From: Mytilus californianus
Taxonomy: Eukaryota
Direction: 5' to 3'
Length of the DNA: 64,000 nt
Assembly: GCF_021869535.1 (NCBI RefSeq)
Contig: NW_026262734.1
Span: forward strand, 101,308,001 to 101,372,000
The notes beneath the pieces were generated by a model. The model was not told the DNA's origin and did no database searches. It saw nothing but the letters and a program-made list of their open reading frames with translations. Of the stretch, positions 1 to 13,357 are shown piece after piece. Each line of letters opens with the position of its first letter. Within the stretch, counting starts at the first letter, position 1. The translations under genes and the position numbers were made by a program.

Positions 1-286
1 GTATGTAGTTTATGATGTGGAATTTACAACGACAAGATTGTATTGTCCCGTCAAAAAAACTGATTTAATCATTAAGTACGTCAGACATCCGTTTCGTCTA
101 CATACGACGTATCAGTGGCGCTAAAATCTAAAGCGTTGGAAGGCCAAAAAACAATAATGTTGAGCGTTATTGATATCATGAACACCATAAGTAATATAGA
201 TTAAAAAACAAATGTTTGTTAAAATATTCCGACATGCTTATGTACGAAGATATTTGGTTCTTATTTAAAATATGATTATTTTCTAG

Positions 287-347
287 AAAGGACATGGAAG
301 TCACTGTGGCAAAAAAACTAAATTGAATTCTGAAAGATTCAAAAGAG
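287..347 (+). CDS. Candidate exon of uncharacterised membrane-protein gene (KGHGSHCGKKTKLNSERFKR), phase 0 to 1
   Basis: ttattttctag acceptor, AGAG|gtatat donor, 61 nt, open frame; phase fits the 1163 exon. Confidence 0.4.
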
Positions 348-1162
348 GTATATAATAAATAATGAATCATTAAAGGTACAGGCATGTGTATTTTTGTCGT
401 CAGCAACAATGCTTTACTGTCATCAAATCCTCTTTGTATTAGGGGGGAAAGCATTATGGGTGGATTGCACATCATTTCCTTACTTGCATGTACAGCATAA
501 TGTGTAAATTACATTCATCAAATACAGACAAACCAGTGAAGGAAACATTTCAAACTTTCAAATATTGTACAAATTTAGAGATTCCCATAAAATTGCAAAA
601 TGTGATAACGGGTTAATCAAGAGTTACACAATTCGTCTTATTCGTTGTCGTTGTTGAAGTAGAATTCAAACACAAAGTAGCATACAAATGATAGTTGAAG
701 ATAAACACATATCGGATTACTGTTACGCTATATTACCAACTGTTTTCAACCTAATGTAATTCTTGTACTCATTATATTGTAATATATGTATGCTTAGTAC
801 ACTGGAATTGCAAACTGACAATATGACGCATAAAATCATTTACATTATCAATGACTTCTTATTTTTGAATTAGAATATGCTAATCGTTCATGCAAAGATG
901 TACCGTTATTTATCAAAGAGTTCCGTGAAAACTCGTGCCGCTTTGGTCGCTCTGTCATGTATGAGTATTCGTGCGATGTTAAACGCCGCACTATAATTTT
1001 TAAAAATGAACGTAAACAAAAGATTTGAAATCGCTATTCAATTACTATAGCCAAGTTTGTCCGATTGCGTTTAGATATTTTGAGGCATGAGGTATTACAC
1101 ATTTACCGTCCTATCTATAAATTTATGTTTACACTTAATGTAAATTCATTATATCTTTCCAG

Positions 1163-1258
1163 GAACAAGATATATTAGAATATTTATAATTTTTATAATT
1201 TTGGCCCTGTTTCTGTTACCAGTTATAAAAGGAGCAGTGGATAATAACATTTGTAAAG
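1163..1258 (+). CDS. Candidate exon, hydrophobic helix 1 (GTRYIRIFIIFIILALFLLPVIKGAVDNNICK)
   Basis: atctttccag acceptor, AAAG|gtaacg donor, 96 nt symmetric phase 1-1; the only open frame is the hydrophobic one. Confidence 0.55.
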
Positions 1259-1800
1259 GTAACGTCTAATTATGATATACTAGTATATATCATTATACTT
1301 ACAATGTATGTTATAACTGTTATCATCACCATAGTCTTAGTAAGTTCCTGATAACTCTTATTTGTAATTCTGAAAATTCAATAATTGAAAATATCACTAA
1401 CATATATGTTGATGAACAAGAAAATTGAACGTTATTTCATCAAAAACACCACATGTACTTATTTGGTTTAGAAAATATTTCAATTTTCACCGGAAAATAC
1501 TATATTAATTAAAAGTAAATTAAGAAACAAAATTAATTATCGCTCGCCTTGTGATCATTCATCATAGACATAATATAAAAAGGTAACATCACCTTTTATT
1601 AGAAACAATATTGTGATCACTGATCACGCGATCCTTTGTTTAGTTGTAATACTGAAACTGTGAACAGATCATTTCAGTACATTAAGCTATAACGTATTTG
1701 ACTTGAGGACATTTTAGTTTTAAAATGGAAACACACGTTGAAGTGAAACAATCAGTGATTATTGTTCTTTCTCGTTCAAAATGTTTTTGTTACTTTTTAG

Positions 1801-1866
1801 ATGAAGAATTCTATATCATTGTTGGCGTGACCATTACCTTCTTGTTCCCGATACCGATAGCATATG
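1801..1866 (+). CDS. Candidate exon, hydrophobic helix 2 (DEEFYIIVGVTITFLFPIPIAY)
   Basis: tactttttag acceptor, TATG|gtaatc donor, 66 nt symmetric phase 1-1. Confidence 0.55.
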
Positions 1867-2772
1867 GTAATCTTTTATTATTTTTGCTTTTAATATTCTC
1901 AAAATTTATCAGCCTCGTATATATTTTCAAACTAGCCATGAATAAACTAGGAATGAACAATTAAACGCAAATACGATAATATTACACCTTGTAGCTTTAG
2001 ATAGTTGTTACGAAATATTTATTACCAGTTTCCCTTTAGCATAAGGCTTATGCTAGCATATAACACGGATCTAATCAATATATCAAGAGAGGCACACAAA
2101 AGAAAGCTCTGATCACTCTTTCCAATTGAAAAGTGTTAATTAATCTGAAGGTGTCCTTGAATTAAACTGTTTCATTGTTTTCTTCTATAAACGTTAAACA
2201 ACACAGGTATACAGCTTGGTATTTCCTAATTGGAGAAAATATATATCAATATACAGCGTATTCAAAATAATATGGCATCGTTGTTTGTCCTTTTTTTCGT
2301 CCGTACTATTTACCTGAAGTCGACTGTTAATGTTTTTACCCAACGACAGATCAGGTCACCTAAAAAGAATGCAGAAAACAAAAAAGAGGTTAATTTTAAA
2401 TACATGCTGTTTTAAATAATTAAGAAACTTATTTCCCCTTTTAACATTTACTAGAAATAAAATAAAACAACACGAAAGTATGAAATAAAACTACTGAATA
2501 TATTGATGCAATGCAACAGGCAAATAAATATATGGCATAAAAGTTTGCTATAGAAATCAACCAACTTACCTTTCAAAATCTCAATCCCTTGACATACCAA
2601 AGATAAATAAGAGAACATACAAGAAGAGCACGAACAATAAAAAGGCTATATATCAATAGTAAAAAAGAAAATATATATATACAAATAAGCATACTCTCAA
2701 ATTGTTATTGTTGAACATGACCATATTGTATGATACCAGTTCAATGTTTATCATAACTATTCATTTCTTTAG

Positions 2773-2847
2773 AAATTATTAAGACAGAAAATGATACAAG
2801 TACTAGTATGCAGACACAAGGAAGTCTTGCAGTACAATCGAAAGAAG
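2773..2847 (+). CDS. Candidate exon, polar tail (EIIKTENDTSTSMQTQGSLAVQSKE); alternative donor at 2859
   Basis: catttctttag acceptor; GAAG|gtgata (75 nt) or GGAG|gttttt (87 nt), both phase 1-1 and open. Confidence 0.45.
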
Positions 2848-3249
2848 GTGATAAAGGAGGTTTTTACTTTTTTATTTGAGAAATAAAACAGCGTGAGCAC
2901 CAATATACTGTATCCTGTATCTGCATATTGAACAAAATTCAAGATTGAAATGATTGCATATATATATTTCTAGAATTACGATATTGTACACAAACTACAT
3001 GGATACCGGATGAAATGTAAAAATTTAGGTATTCTAGAAAAACAAATTTACAAATGAAGCAGACTTGTTAGAGTTGGTTGCAGTTTAGATCCATTAGAAC
3101 TGTTCAATATCAGTCAATAAAATCATTAGAGGTTATGTCAATACCATGTAACCAATATTTTGATTACATTTGCGTCGAAGTATTTTAATTTTCTTATATC
3201 AATCGGTGTTTTGCTTAAACAAAGTTGGTTTTTCACGACCTCGATCAAA

Positions 3250-3425
3250 AATTAAAAAAAAAATAAAATACCAAAAGCATCGAACTTCAAATAAATTCAA
3301 AATGAAAAGTCCCTTTTCAACTGACAAATTCAAAAGCTCAAACACATTAAACGAATGGAAAACAAATTGGTGTCTACGGTCATCTGTTATTCACAAATTT
3401 TCAAGTTAGAACCAGAAGTGTAATG
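3250..3425 (+). repeat. Degenerate interspersed repeat; second copy at 55660-55862
   Basis: Shared core aaagtccc...caaa...ctcaaacacatcaaacgaatgga in both copies. Confidence 0.5.
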
Positions 3426-3691
3426 TAGATGAGTTGTCATTGTTTCTAAACATCGTTCCACATTATTTGAAATACTTTTTGTCATTAGAGAAAAATAACA
3501 GCTGTAAGAAACCTTCAAAAGGGTTCACTAAATCGATTTATTTTTTTCAAATAATGAGGTTTAATAATGTTAATGGAATTATAGACAATCTTTCCTTTTT
3601 TGAATATTTTTTTTTTATAGGAACAGATTTGTATTTATATTTACTGTCAATTCTTATGCTAAAAATTGATATATCTTTGTTATTTTTATAG

Positions 3692-3738
3692 ATACATCGG
3701 ATCAAGATACTCAGGATCAGAGCACATCTTTCATTTAA
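3692..3738 (+). CDS. Candidate terminal exon (DTSDQDTQDQSTSFI*)
   Basis: tatttttatag acceptor, phase 1, TAA at 3736-3738. Confidence 0.4.
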
Positions 3739-6298
3739 AAACAAACTTAGTTAAGAAATTTCGTCATTATTCGAAGAAATATTTGGCTTATTGAATAGGA
3801 GAGGATGTCAACGATATCGAAATAAACCGGTCGTATTCAGTAATGTCACACTCAAGGAAAATAGGATGAAGTTTGTGGTTAAGACAAGTTTGACATATTC
3901 CGATTTTTTCTGTGAAAGTACTTGACTGCAAGAACATGCTAAGCATTAGTAAATTTTGATAAAAAAAAATCATCTGAAGATTTTTAACAGAAAATGTAGG
4001 CTGATTGATAGAACACTGCGTGTCGATATCACAGAGAATGTAATATTCTGCAAATACCTTGTTCGTTGTTCATTCCATCCACTCTAACTTTCCTTAGGTC
4101 GTCATTACATTGCCTACGTTATATATAACTCAGCGTCTGTATTAAGAAATTATGTTTGAAGATGCTTAGAAGTATATATTAACCACTTTTTATGATTTTT
4201 TTAAGTATCTATAATTTTCTTATTTTCAATTGGAGATACACTTTACAAGAGTTTGGGTGCATTTTCATTCTCCTTGCGTAATGAATGTGCTTGACAAAAT
4301 GCATTGGTACGTTTCATTGGTCTATATGTCTTTGCTGACCTATCCCCCTCAAGTTTCGACTGAAATTAACCCCATTAAAAATTTTAGATCAATATTCTGG
4401 AATTTCTTTTATAAATTGTTGTGTTCTCGTCTTGGTGTTATAATTGCTATTCTGGAATCTTCTTATGCATATTCAGGAATGCAAGAGAACATGAGGTCCA
4501 AGGACACAGTTATCGTCCTTTGGTTTTCGTTGTCTACGAATATAGTCCCTACTGTGAACAGTGTATAACTTGCATTTTCTTTTGCTACACTTTCCCAATT
4601 TATTTCTTGATGTTTTATGCATGAAATATTAAGTAAGGGGATGAAATTACATGTTAAAAAAATTTGGGTGCTGAATCTTTATGTTAAGTAGTGATTTGGT
4701 CCAGTTAAAAAAGGTCAAAAATTAGAATATCTGAAGCTGTCAAACTGAATTTTAGCCCTCTTAACACAGAATTGTCAATATTTTGAGTTAGAGCTGGTAG
4801 AAGTTTCTATAATTTTGATATTATTTGTATCAATAGTAGTACACTACACTGTAAAAATCTTTTTGAGATAGAGCAGGTGCGATTTTTTTTAATTTGAATA
4901 GATTGTCTAAAAGAAATGCACTACGAAATAACTGTGTTCTCTGGCCTAAGATAACGTGATATGAATATAAACCATGATGTGTACTAGACAGCACGTCAAG
5001 ATACCCCGACAAAAACAAAGTTATTTTAATTTGAAGCTACGTCATTATTTTTATGTTATCATATATAAGTTTATGATTTGTTTAATGAAGTAAAGATAAT
5101 AGATACTTATAAAAAGGCTTCATCGAGCTAAAGATGAACTGTCAAATGAATAGTAGTATCAACTTCAATATTGATAATGTCCTCGCCTAAAGCAACAATT
5201 TGAATCTAGTTTTTTGAACGAAATACAAATAAATTATTATCTTTATTTTATAAATTTTGTGAAAGCTTATCAAAGACAACAGGTTTAATATTTAGACACC
5301 AAACGTTTCATTCGTTCTCATATTACGCTTTACTGGGATCCGAATTAAATATGTTGGAACATGTGTGTCGATGAACAGCCATGGAGACTGTAATTCTAAT
5401 AATGTTTTCCTTATCAAGCTACCAAGTATTCTTGTTACTTTTTGGGGTTTCAAAAAATTTAAACCTTTTATTAACAGTTGATTTACCGACAGTGATGTAA
5501 TAAGTATTTGTTGCAGGAAGTTAAAAGGGTATTCTCTTATGGTTATGGCCTGTTATCTATTTCTTGCATGAGTAGATATTTCTTGTGTCATACTGCACGG
5601 AGTAATATACGAAAAAGTGGTACGCAAATCTGTGTTGATCTGATTGGCTTATCCAGCATCATAAGACGATATTACTGCATTTCCATTGGCTATTCGTTAG
5701 GTCATTGATGACTTTCAAAGGTTGCTGCTGGAGGGACACATGTGTCCACATCAGCTGTGCCAGAGGGACACATATGTCCATGTTTTAATTTTTACAAGCT
5801 TCTCTTCATTGCTGTATCTCTTTCAAATAAAAGACCGAAGATTTAACAGTGTTACATTTTTCTTCAATGGCTCCCAAATGTAACGGTCATTATGGCGTGA
5901 CGTCATTTATCGAATGACGTCATTGTCGGGCATGCGACGTCACAGACATCGAGCTGTCGTATTTTGTTGCACACGAAATGCAACCTTAAAAAACTACTGG
6001 CAGCAAGAGGGTTAAGACGATGTACATTTCGTCTATGGCAACGGACATATGCGATTTCTTCAATAATATATAAAACACTTACACTTTTCATCTGACAATA
6101 TTCCTTTTGTCAATTTTTTTTTATTCTTAAGCGTACAAAAAGTCTTTAAATGTCTGATGTTAACGTTTGACACCGGAAAATGACATATGACTTCACACTG
6201 GGATGTGCAAAAGACTAGATCAACGATTCACGGCAGTTTTAATTTAACACGATGATAGTGTTGACCATTACAGAAATGGGTTTAACAACTTGTGAGCA

Positions 6299-6456
6299 TT
6301 TCATAACGAGTGAGAATGGGATATCGCGTAATAACAACTCTCGTTATTTCATTTAAATAGTAATTATAAACTCGCCGAAGGCTAGTTTATTATTATTTTG
6401 AAACTAAATAACTCGAGTTGATATCAAGCGATATCCAATTTTCACTCGTTATGAAA
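6299..6456. mobile_element. 158-bp whole-length palindromic (foldback) element
   Basis: Left arm tttcataacgagtgagaatgggatatcgc... pairs with right arm ...gcgatatccaattttcactcgttatgaaa across the full length, around a GAA loop at 6377-6379. Confidence 0.75.
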
Positions 6457-8394
6457 CCTATAATTAACAGCAATGGTGTTGGGTATTATTATATCTAATG
6501 TACTTATTTTCCTTGATGTATTGTTATTCGACTTATGAATAAAGGTTAAATAATCATGAATTGTTTTTTTTTTTAATTAATCATATGGAATTTCATATTC
6601 ACTGTATAAAACATATATTATGTATTGAAATTCTGAACACTAGGAGGTAGGCCAAAGTTCACCGTATTTGTTTCACTCATATGATCAAAATATGAAAGCG
6701 GTTAAAATCTACTGGTAAAGAGTCTACTTAATATGCTTATACAAATCATCAACAATTTTTAGTTATTTCAAATAAATAAATACCATTGTTAACTTCTAAA
6801 TCTTGGTTTAGGCTAACTCCTACTCATACATGTTTTTGGGTATTACTCAAAATTTGGCAAAACTTGTCAACAGTACAATTTGAACATTCTTCATGCATTT
6901 CATATGAATATATGTTTAAAATTCATTAAAATGTAATAAAAACCTTAAAGCACATATTTGAATCTATGATACGATGAATTGTAGGATATAATTGACGGAC
7001 TTAAAAAAATGGCCAAGGTGTGAAGTAAATTCACTGGTATTGACCGTAATGTCTTGGTTATTGCCTAAAAAGGGAAAGATAAAGATATGAAGCAGACTTG
7101 TTACTTATGGCAGTATTTTTAATTCTAAGTTCATTTGGGATATATATGAGATGTAAGCACTCATTAGAATGTGGCTTGCTCCGTGTTGGAACATTATCAA
7201 TATATCTGAAAGTGAAATTAAAGAACTTGAAACATGCTGAAAGAGAAATATGAAAAGTTGTAAATATGTTTTCAACAGAATATAAGACAACTATCAACCA
7301 GAGACGTTGATGCAAGCAGCTATATGTCATGCCCTTCATCAATACAATGAGCAAAACACATAAATACTGAAGAGTATATATTATTTAATTGAGGACCATT
7401 GTTTTTCGTTGAATAAAGTTTCATTCACATATTCAGATTTTTATCTTTTGTCTTTTTTCTAGATAGGCATTAATACGCTATAACATTGACCAAACTAACA
7501 ACAACACCAAAACCTGCATCTGAATCAAATGTTACAACCTAAAGAAAAAGGTGTTCATGTCATATGTCATGCAAACATTTTTCCTTGCTCTGGGGCTACG
7601 CGGGATATATGTGTTTTACATTTCAAATAAGTTTTCTATAAATATCATGATAAATATTTCTGTTTTAGTCAAACAATCAATTGTTATACATATAGCAATG
7701 TGTTTCCAAATACTGTATAAAGAGTTTTTTCGTTTGTTTTTTTTTTTTATCAGGAAATATTACGCTTCATTATCTCATACTTTGACTTCCCATAATTTGT
7801 GTGACTCTGGTATTTTTAACCTAGATTTTCAATGTTCGATTGTTTTTCGTCCTCTGTATCTTCATTGATAGATACCATACAAAAAGTATATTGGCATCAT
7901 GCAAAATACATTTAAAATTTATCATGTTTTCATGAGAAAATAGCATGTGCTTATTGGAAAACAGTACGATTTTCAACTTATAGATGAATAAGGAATCTAT
8001 CAAAAATGTTTATTTAATTAATTATTCTTTTGTTGTTATTTTAAAGACATGATCAAGTTTAATTACCAACCCGTCTGAATAATAAGTTTTCCCATTTCAT
8101 TGCTTATGTGTTACTTTAAATTGAAAATCCCTTATATGATTAACCAAAAAGAAAAAAACATCTAAGGCATTGGAATTTGATCTGTATCTGTTGCTCCATG
8201 TATCATCGAAATTCATAATGATCATTACAACACGCGTTCCTCGTGTGCTGAGACTTTTTGGTTTGTGTAAGTAGACATTAAATTTATTCGATAGAATAAC
8301 GATCTTTCACTCTCGTTGTAAGATTACATTTTATCTTCAGGAAGTCAGAAAAGGAGGTGGAAGATAGCCAATGATTCATTGCATTACATTTCCG

Positions 8395-8512
8395 CGCATT
8401 CCTTTTCATTTGAGCGCATTACCTTTATATTTGTTCGCATTACCTTTACATTTTCGCGCATTACCTCTACATTTGCGAGCATTACTTTTACATTTGCATG
8501 CGTTACCGTATA
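8395..8512 (+). repeat. About 6 copies of a 21-bp tandem repeat (cgcattacctttacatttgcg)
   Basis: Unit starts 8395, 8415, 8436, 8457, 8478, 8499. Confidence 0.8.
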
Positions 8513-8821
8513 ATTTCCTCGCAAAAATCAGTACATTTGCGCGGTGGTTTGGATTACCCTACTCACCAACGCGGTGGTGACAGATACGTTTCTAGCAGGA
8601 TCAGGCCGATAATGCCATAAGCGCATACGGGATATCTCAGGATCACTCAATATGTTTTTAAAATCATATGAAAGACATGTGTATTGAAAATTGAAAATTG
8701 AAAAATATTTATTATGAATTATCTTTATATTAACCTGTATTACCTGTAAAATGAATACGTGCAAATATAACAAAATATCGTGCGCAATTGTAAAAAAATA
8801 ATCCCCAAAATGTATAACGCC

Positions 8822-8990
8822 CAAGATAACAAGAGGGCATTAAAACTCACAAGTCGATGAGTGACCAACTAAAACATTGCTAAAAAAAAGAGAACAACCT
8901 ACAGCCTACAGAACACCACATAGAAAACTAGACTGAGTAACACGAGCCCAATCAACAACAAAAGATGAACTCGATTGCTCCAGAAGGTAT
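8822..8990 (-). mobile_element. Degenerate 3' fragment of the Penelope-like repeat family, reverse orientation
   Basis: Reverse complement resembles the 15590-15790 tail (ccttctggagca...gagttcatc...gctcgtgttactcagtctag). Confidence 0.45.
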
Positions 8991-11629
8991 TATTTCACAT
9001 TGCAATTATGTTTTGCTTTCATTCCTGGAATATCTCCTTTATTGGTGTAACTAATTATCCTCATTGGTGTATTGCTGATATTGATTTTCTCGTCGCAATA
9101 ATGATATGGGAAACATTTTGTTTTTACGCACAAGAGATTATTTTAATATTTCCTATGTAAACATTTCCTTTTTTATGTTGCAAAATTCCAATGCAATCTG
9201 CATTACATAAGTATGATATGTATGTAGGACTCGGGGTGTGACGGGTGCCATAGTTTATGGAGGTGTGATTAGGACGTTGAAGTGCGCTGGTGACACTGAC
9301 GTGCAATGGTCTTGAACGATTGTATGATCATTGGCTTATTGTTGCACATGTCCAAGCCTATGCAATAACTATTCATCATGATTGTTTTAATTTAAACAGG
9401 TTATACTCTCAATGCTTTACTAAAAACCTAAAAAGCTGCATGTAACAAACAAATGCACTTCTACATCGACTTTTAAACAAGTAAACATGAAAAACATTGA
9501 AAATATTGTTTATGTAATTCATCGCAATTCTGTATAACCACGAGTGCACTCCGGTGTAGCTATCAACAATATTTCATCACAATGCAGCCATCGAACTTCA
9601 GTGTGACAACAAATTTGCACTTCAGCTTCCGACCATTGCACTTCATCGTCAAAACAAATAAACGCACTTCAGCGTCAAACCATCGCAAGTCAACGTGGAC
9701 ATCGCGGTTAAGAGTCCTACATATGTATTAAAGTTGATGTCATATTCTACAGCTTGCGTTTCAATTGAAATACTCGCATCAATCTTTTCATTCTATTTCA
9801 CAAAGTATTGAATTCATTGTAACGCTTTAGGTAAAAATGTACCAGAAATCGGTTTTTCACTCAATATTTACATGCAATTCATCAGTTTTTAATGTATACA
9901 AATTTTATTAAAATCCCTAATACTGCCGAATTGCGTATAGTTCTACATCGTATTGTTTTTAAAGTAAAATATTATTATTTACTATTTTCTAATATATTAC
10001 AAATAAATAGATACTTTTAGATTCTTCACTTCAATTTATTTTCAGTGCTTATGATAGGACAGTGGTGGTCTGTTTCAAAAACGTCTGGTAAGATTTAGTT
10101 TCATTCAACGATAAGTGTATGTTATTAAATATATCTTTCACAGTTATAAGTTTTCCATGCAAGCATTGTAAAAAGTGTCACTATATATTCGTTCATAACT
10201 AAGAGCAATTGAAGTAAACGCTCTATTTCGTCAGTCCGTCATTCTGTCTGTCCATCCGTCCGCTCTTCACCTCGTCGGCCTACCAATTTTTCTTCCACAA
10301 TTATTCAAACTTTGCATATTTATAGCACAAAGATTAAAGATATGCACTTTTAATTTTGGACAGATTTCCCTTGTTTTAATAACTTTTCATAGTGATAGCA
10401 CACAGATTGAATATAAGCACCACATTTATTGGACAATTTGATTTTTATAGGCTTCCAAAGTGATTAGCTCAGTTATCTTTTGTTATTAAATGTTATATAA
10501 GGTACTTAATTTTGTGTCGCGTATAATCGTTACATTTGTTTCGACATTATTGGATAATAGAATATTTTCTCATATTTGCTTTAGTTGTCAAGTCGAATAT
10601 CATTTTAAAGATTGTTTTGGTCGATTGAACTGAAAAATTTTCAGGGAACCATAATAATGGTCTTCTAGTCTTCCCTTCGCATCAACAGTTTGCTTAAGGC
10701 AATGATATAAATGTGTGTATTGCAAATCACCTAAATATAGCTTATTTCACAGTAAACCCTGTACAACATACGAATCTTGCTATTCTTATCCATATCTGGC
10801 ATAAGTGCTAAAATGATAAAATTGTCTTCACTTTACATGGAAACTATCATACAGTGATCTATGCATTTTGATTGGTTGCATCCATAACATTATTCTTCCA
10901 CATAACAATTATATAATTCTAATTGTGCCTGGAGTCTGTTCTTTAAAACAATATGGTGCAATTAAGATCGTTCTAACACAGTTTTGGTATTATTGCAATA
11001 CATCTTGATATTAGAATGCCCCATTCCAGGAGGACATGCAGGGTATAATTATAACATGAAAATACGTTTTCAATATGTTTTTATCTTTACACGAACAAAA
11101 ATAATTCTAACCTCAGATATTCCAGTCGCATTGCTTACAAACAGATCGAAATTGTCACGATCTTGTATGTGCAGCAATGATTCTAAATAAAATTTGCCCA
11201 TTCCCTCAATTGTGGATGTCCGAGCACACATTATTGGGTACATGGATGCCATGGAACTAAAATACTTGCCACACAGATGGAAGGATCGGCTCTCTGCAAA
11301 TCTGTACGTTTGAACTTATTACTTTCATTTGAAAAGGCATGAACATGCGATGATAGTATTATCACAAAAATCGACATTTATTCCGAAGATCATAATATTT
11401 CTAAAAATAAAATGATTTGATCTTGGCTGTTGGAAAGGTCAATGTCGTTGCCGGCACGTGAAGGTATTAGCAGTGGGCCTACATATAAGTATGTATATCA
11501 ATCATAAATTGTATGTGAAAATTTGCAGTGCATAAATTATCTTAGGCTCCAACCCCCACCCCACAAACAAAATTGATCTTAAAAAATGTGAAATGTTCTG
11601 TTTTTCCTCTATTGGAGGTTTCCTCCACG

Positions 11630-11895
11630 AGGGTATTACTAGCCTAGTAGTCAACACTTCTGTGTTGACATAAATTATCGTTACTATCGTCATAATTTAG
11701 AATTAACTGTTAACGAAATTTGAGTTTTCGAAATACTCAGGATTTTCTGCCCCTGGAATAGATTACCATAGCTGTTTTTTGCAAAATATTTCAGAATTAT
11801 GGGTCCTCAATGCTCTTCAACTTCGTATTTTATTTTTTATTTTTTTAACTTTTCTGATTCGCGCGTCACTGGCGAATCTTTTGTAGGCGAAACCC
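11630..11895 (-). mobile_element. Interspersed repeat; opposite-orientation copy at 54452-54745
   Basis: gggtcctcaatgctcttcaacttcgta and gtcaacacttctgtgttgaca match the reverse complement of 54560-54725. Confidence 0.6.
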
Positions 11896-13357
11896 TGATA
11901 TCTAAGATGAGTATATTTCGTCACTTTTGGGTTTTATCTTTCAAAAGTATTTAATGAAACACGTTGCAGCTGTAGTTTGATCTGGCATTTAATTTCACCG
12001 CTCTAGTTATAATTACTGGAAGTTATGGTCCTTCAAAAGGTAGTCTCATCAATGTTGTATATGTATATGTGTGTATCATACAAACTAATAAATTTAATTA
12101 TAATTATTTTCCATTTATCATATAATTTGCATAGCAGATCGCTTTGGTCGCCTATGATTCAATTCATTTAAACCTGGTCAAGCTTGGATATAATTTAAAA
12201 TTTGCCCTTAAAGAACTTAAATGACTAAAAACAGATCTTATATAGGCAGCGATGAACAACACATGTTATTTTTTTTAATTAGTCTTATCAAAATTTTAAT
12301 TGACATCCCAATTCCGAATCAAAGCAGTAATAATGACAAAGAAAGATAGATGATGATTTCACTGTACAAAGTAATATTCTTTAAAGAAACATTGTACAAT
12401 ACAGATAAGTCACAACAAACAAATCATGAACAAGTGTGTGCGTATGTCTCTGTCTTTTAAAAAAAAATACTAAAGGCGAAGTATACGTAATTGCACGCCT
12501 CTAGCAGAATCTGGGATAAAAAAACGTGCGTCGTTAGCTACTTCGTGTGGTTTATCATGAGATCAAAAAAATATGTCTGTGCGATCTCAAAACTTCAAAG
12601 AAATGGTAAGAATGACTCTAATCAGACATATTAGGATCCTATTGTTAGTATAACCTCAGATTATGTATTATAGATACAATAGATAGGCATTGATTCTTGA
12701 AAAGAAACCATGTGCGCGGACGGCGGATGGTTTGTTTTTCATGAACCAACCCTTATCCATTGTGTCTCTTACTTCAACCATTGTTCTGATGTCTTTTTCA
12801 AAATTAAAGTATTTTATTAATAAGAAGGTGTTGTAAGTGAGTTTAAATAACCATGTTATCATGTTCAACGATGCATTATATATAATTAATAAATAAAAGT
12901 TCAATAATAATCAGTTAGAGAAATACAAATATAACATTACACGTCTCTTTAAATTATCATGCATCAGAATATTATCCGTAATTTACAAAATAAGACATAT
13001 TCGAACTTATTTATATGTATATATAAAATGGATGTTACCAAAACGAAAACGATTACCACCTTTTTTTTTGGGTGTATTTGTACGAGCAGAATCCATATGT
13101 GAAATCTGAAGAAAAATCTGTGGAGTAGTTAATTACGTACACTTTGCCTTGAAGGGACCTTTAAGCCCTTAATGTGTTAGTGATTTAAACATTTCCTGTG
13201 ATTGATAAAAGTATAACAAAGTTACTTAAAGGTATTTATTGTCATCTTTAAGTTATTAGCATTATTAATTACAAAGACAAGTCTTCCATATTGGCACCTA
13301 CAATATATGTTTACTATTTCTATATTCTGTTTAGTAAAAGTTTTACCCTTTAAACAG

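Noticed and set aside
8371-8580. Heptad ORF (ALPLHLR)n as a leucine-zipper-like protein
   Set aside because: By-product of the 21-bp DNA repeat; no start context or splice support
11070-11290. TNF-family domain in the minus-strand frame (YLESLLHIQDRDNFDLFVSN)
   Set aside because: Only a short pattern resemblance; key glycines and the rest of the fold are missing; kept only as an unassigned island
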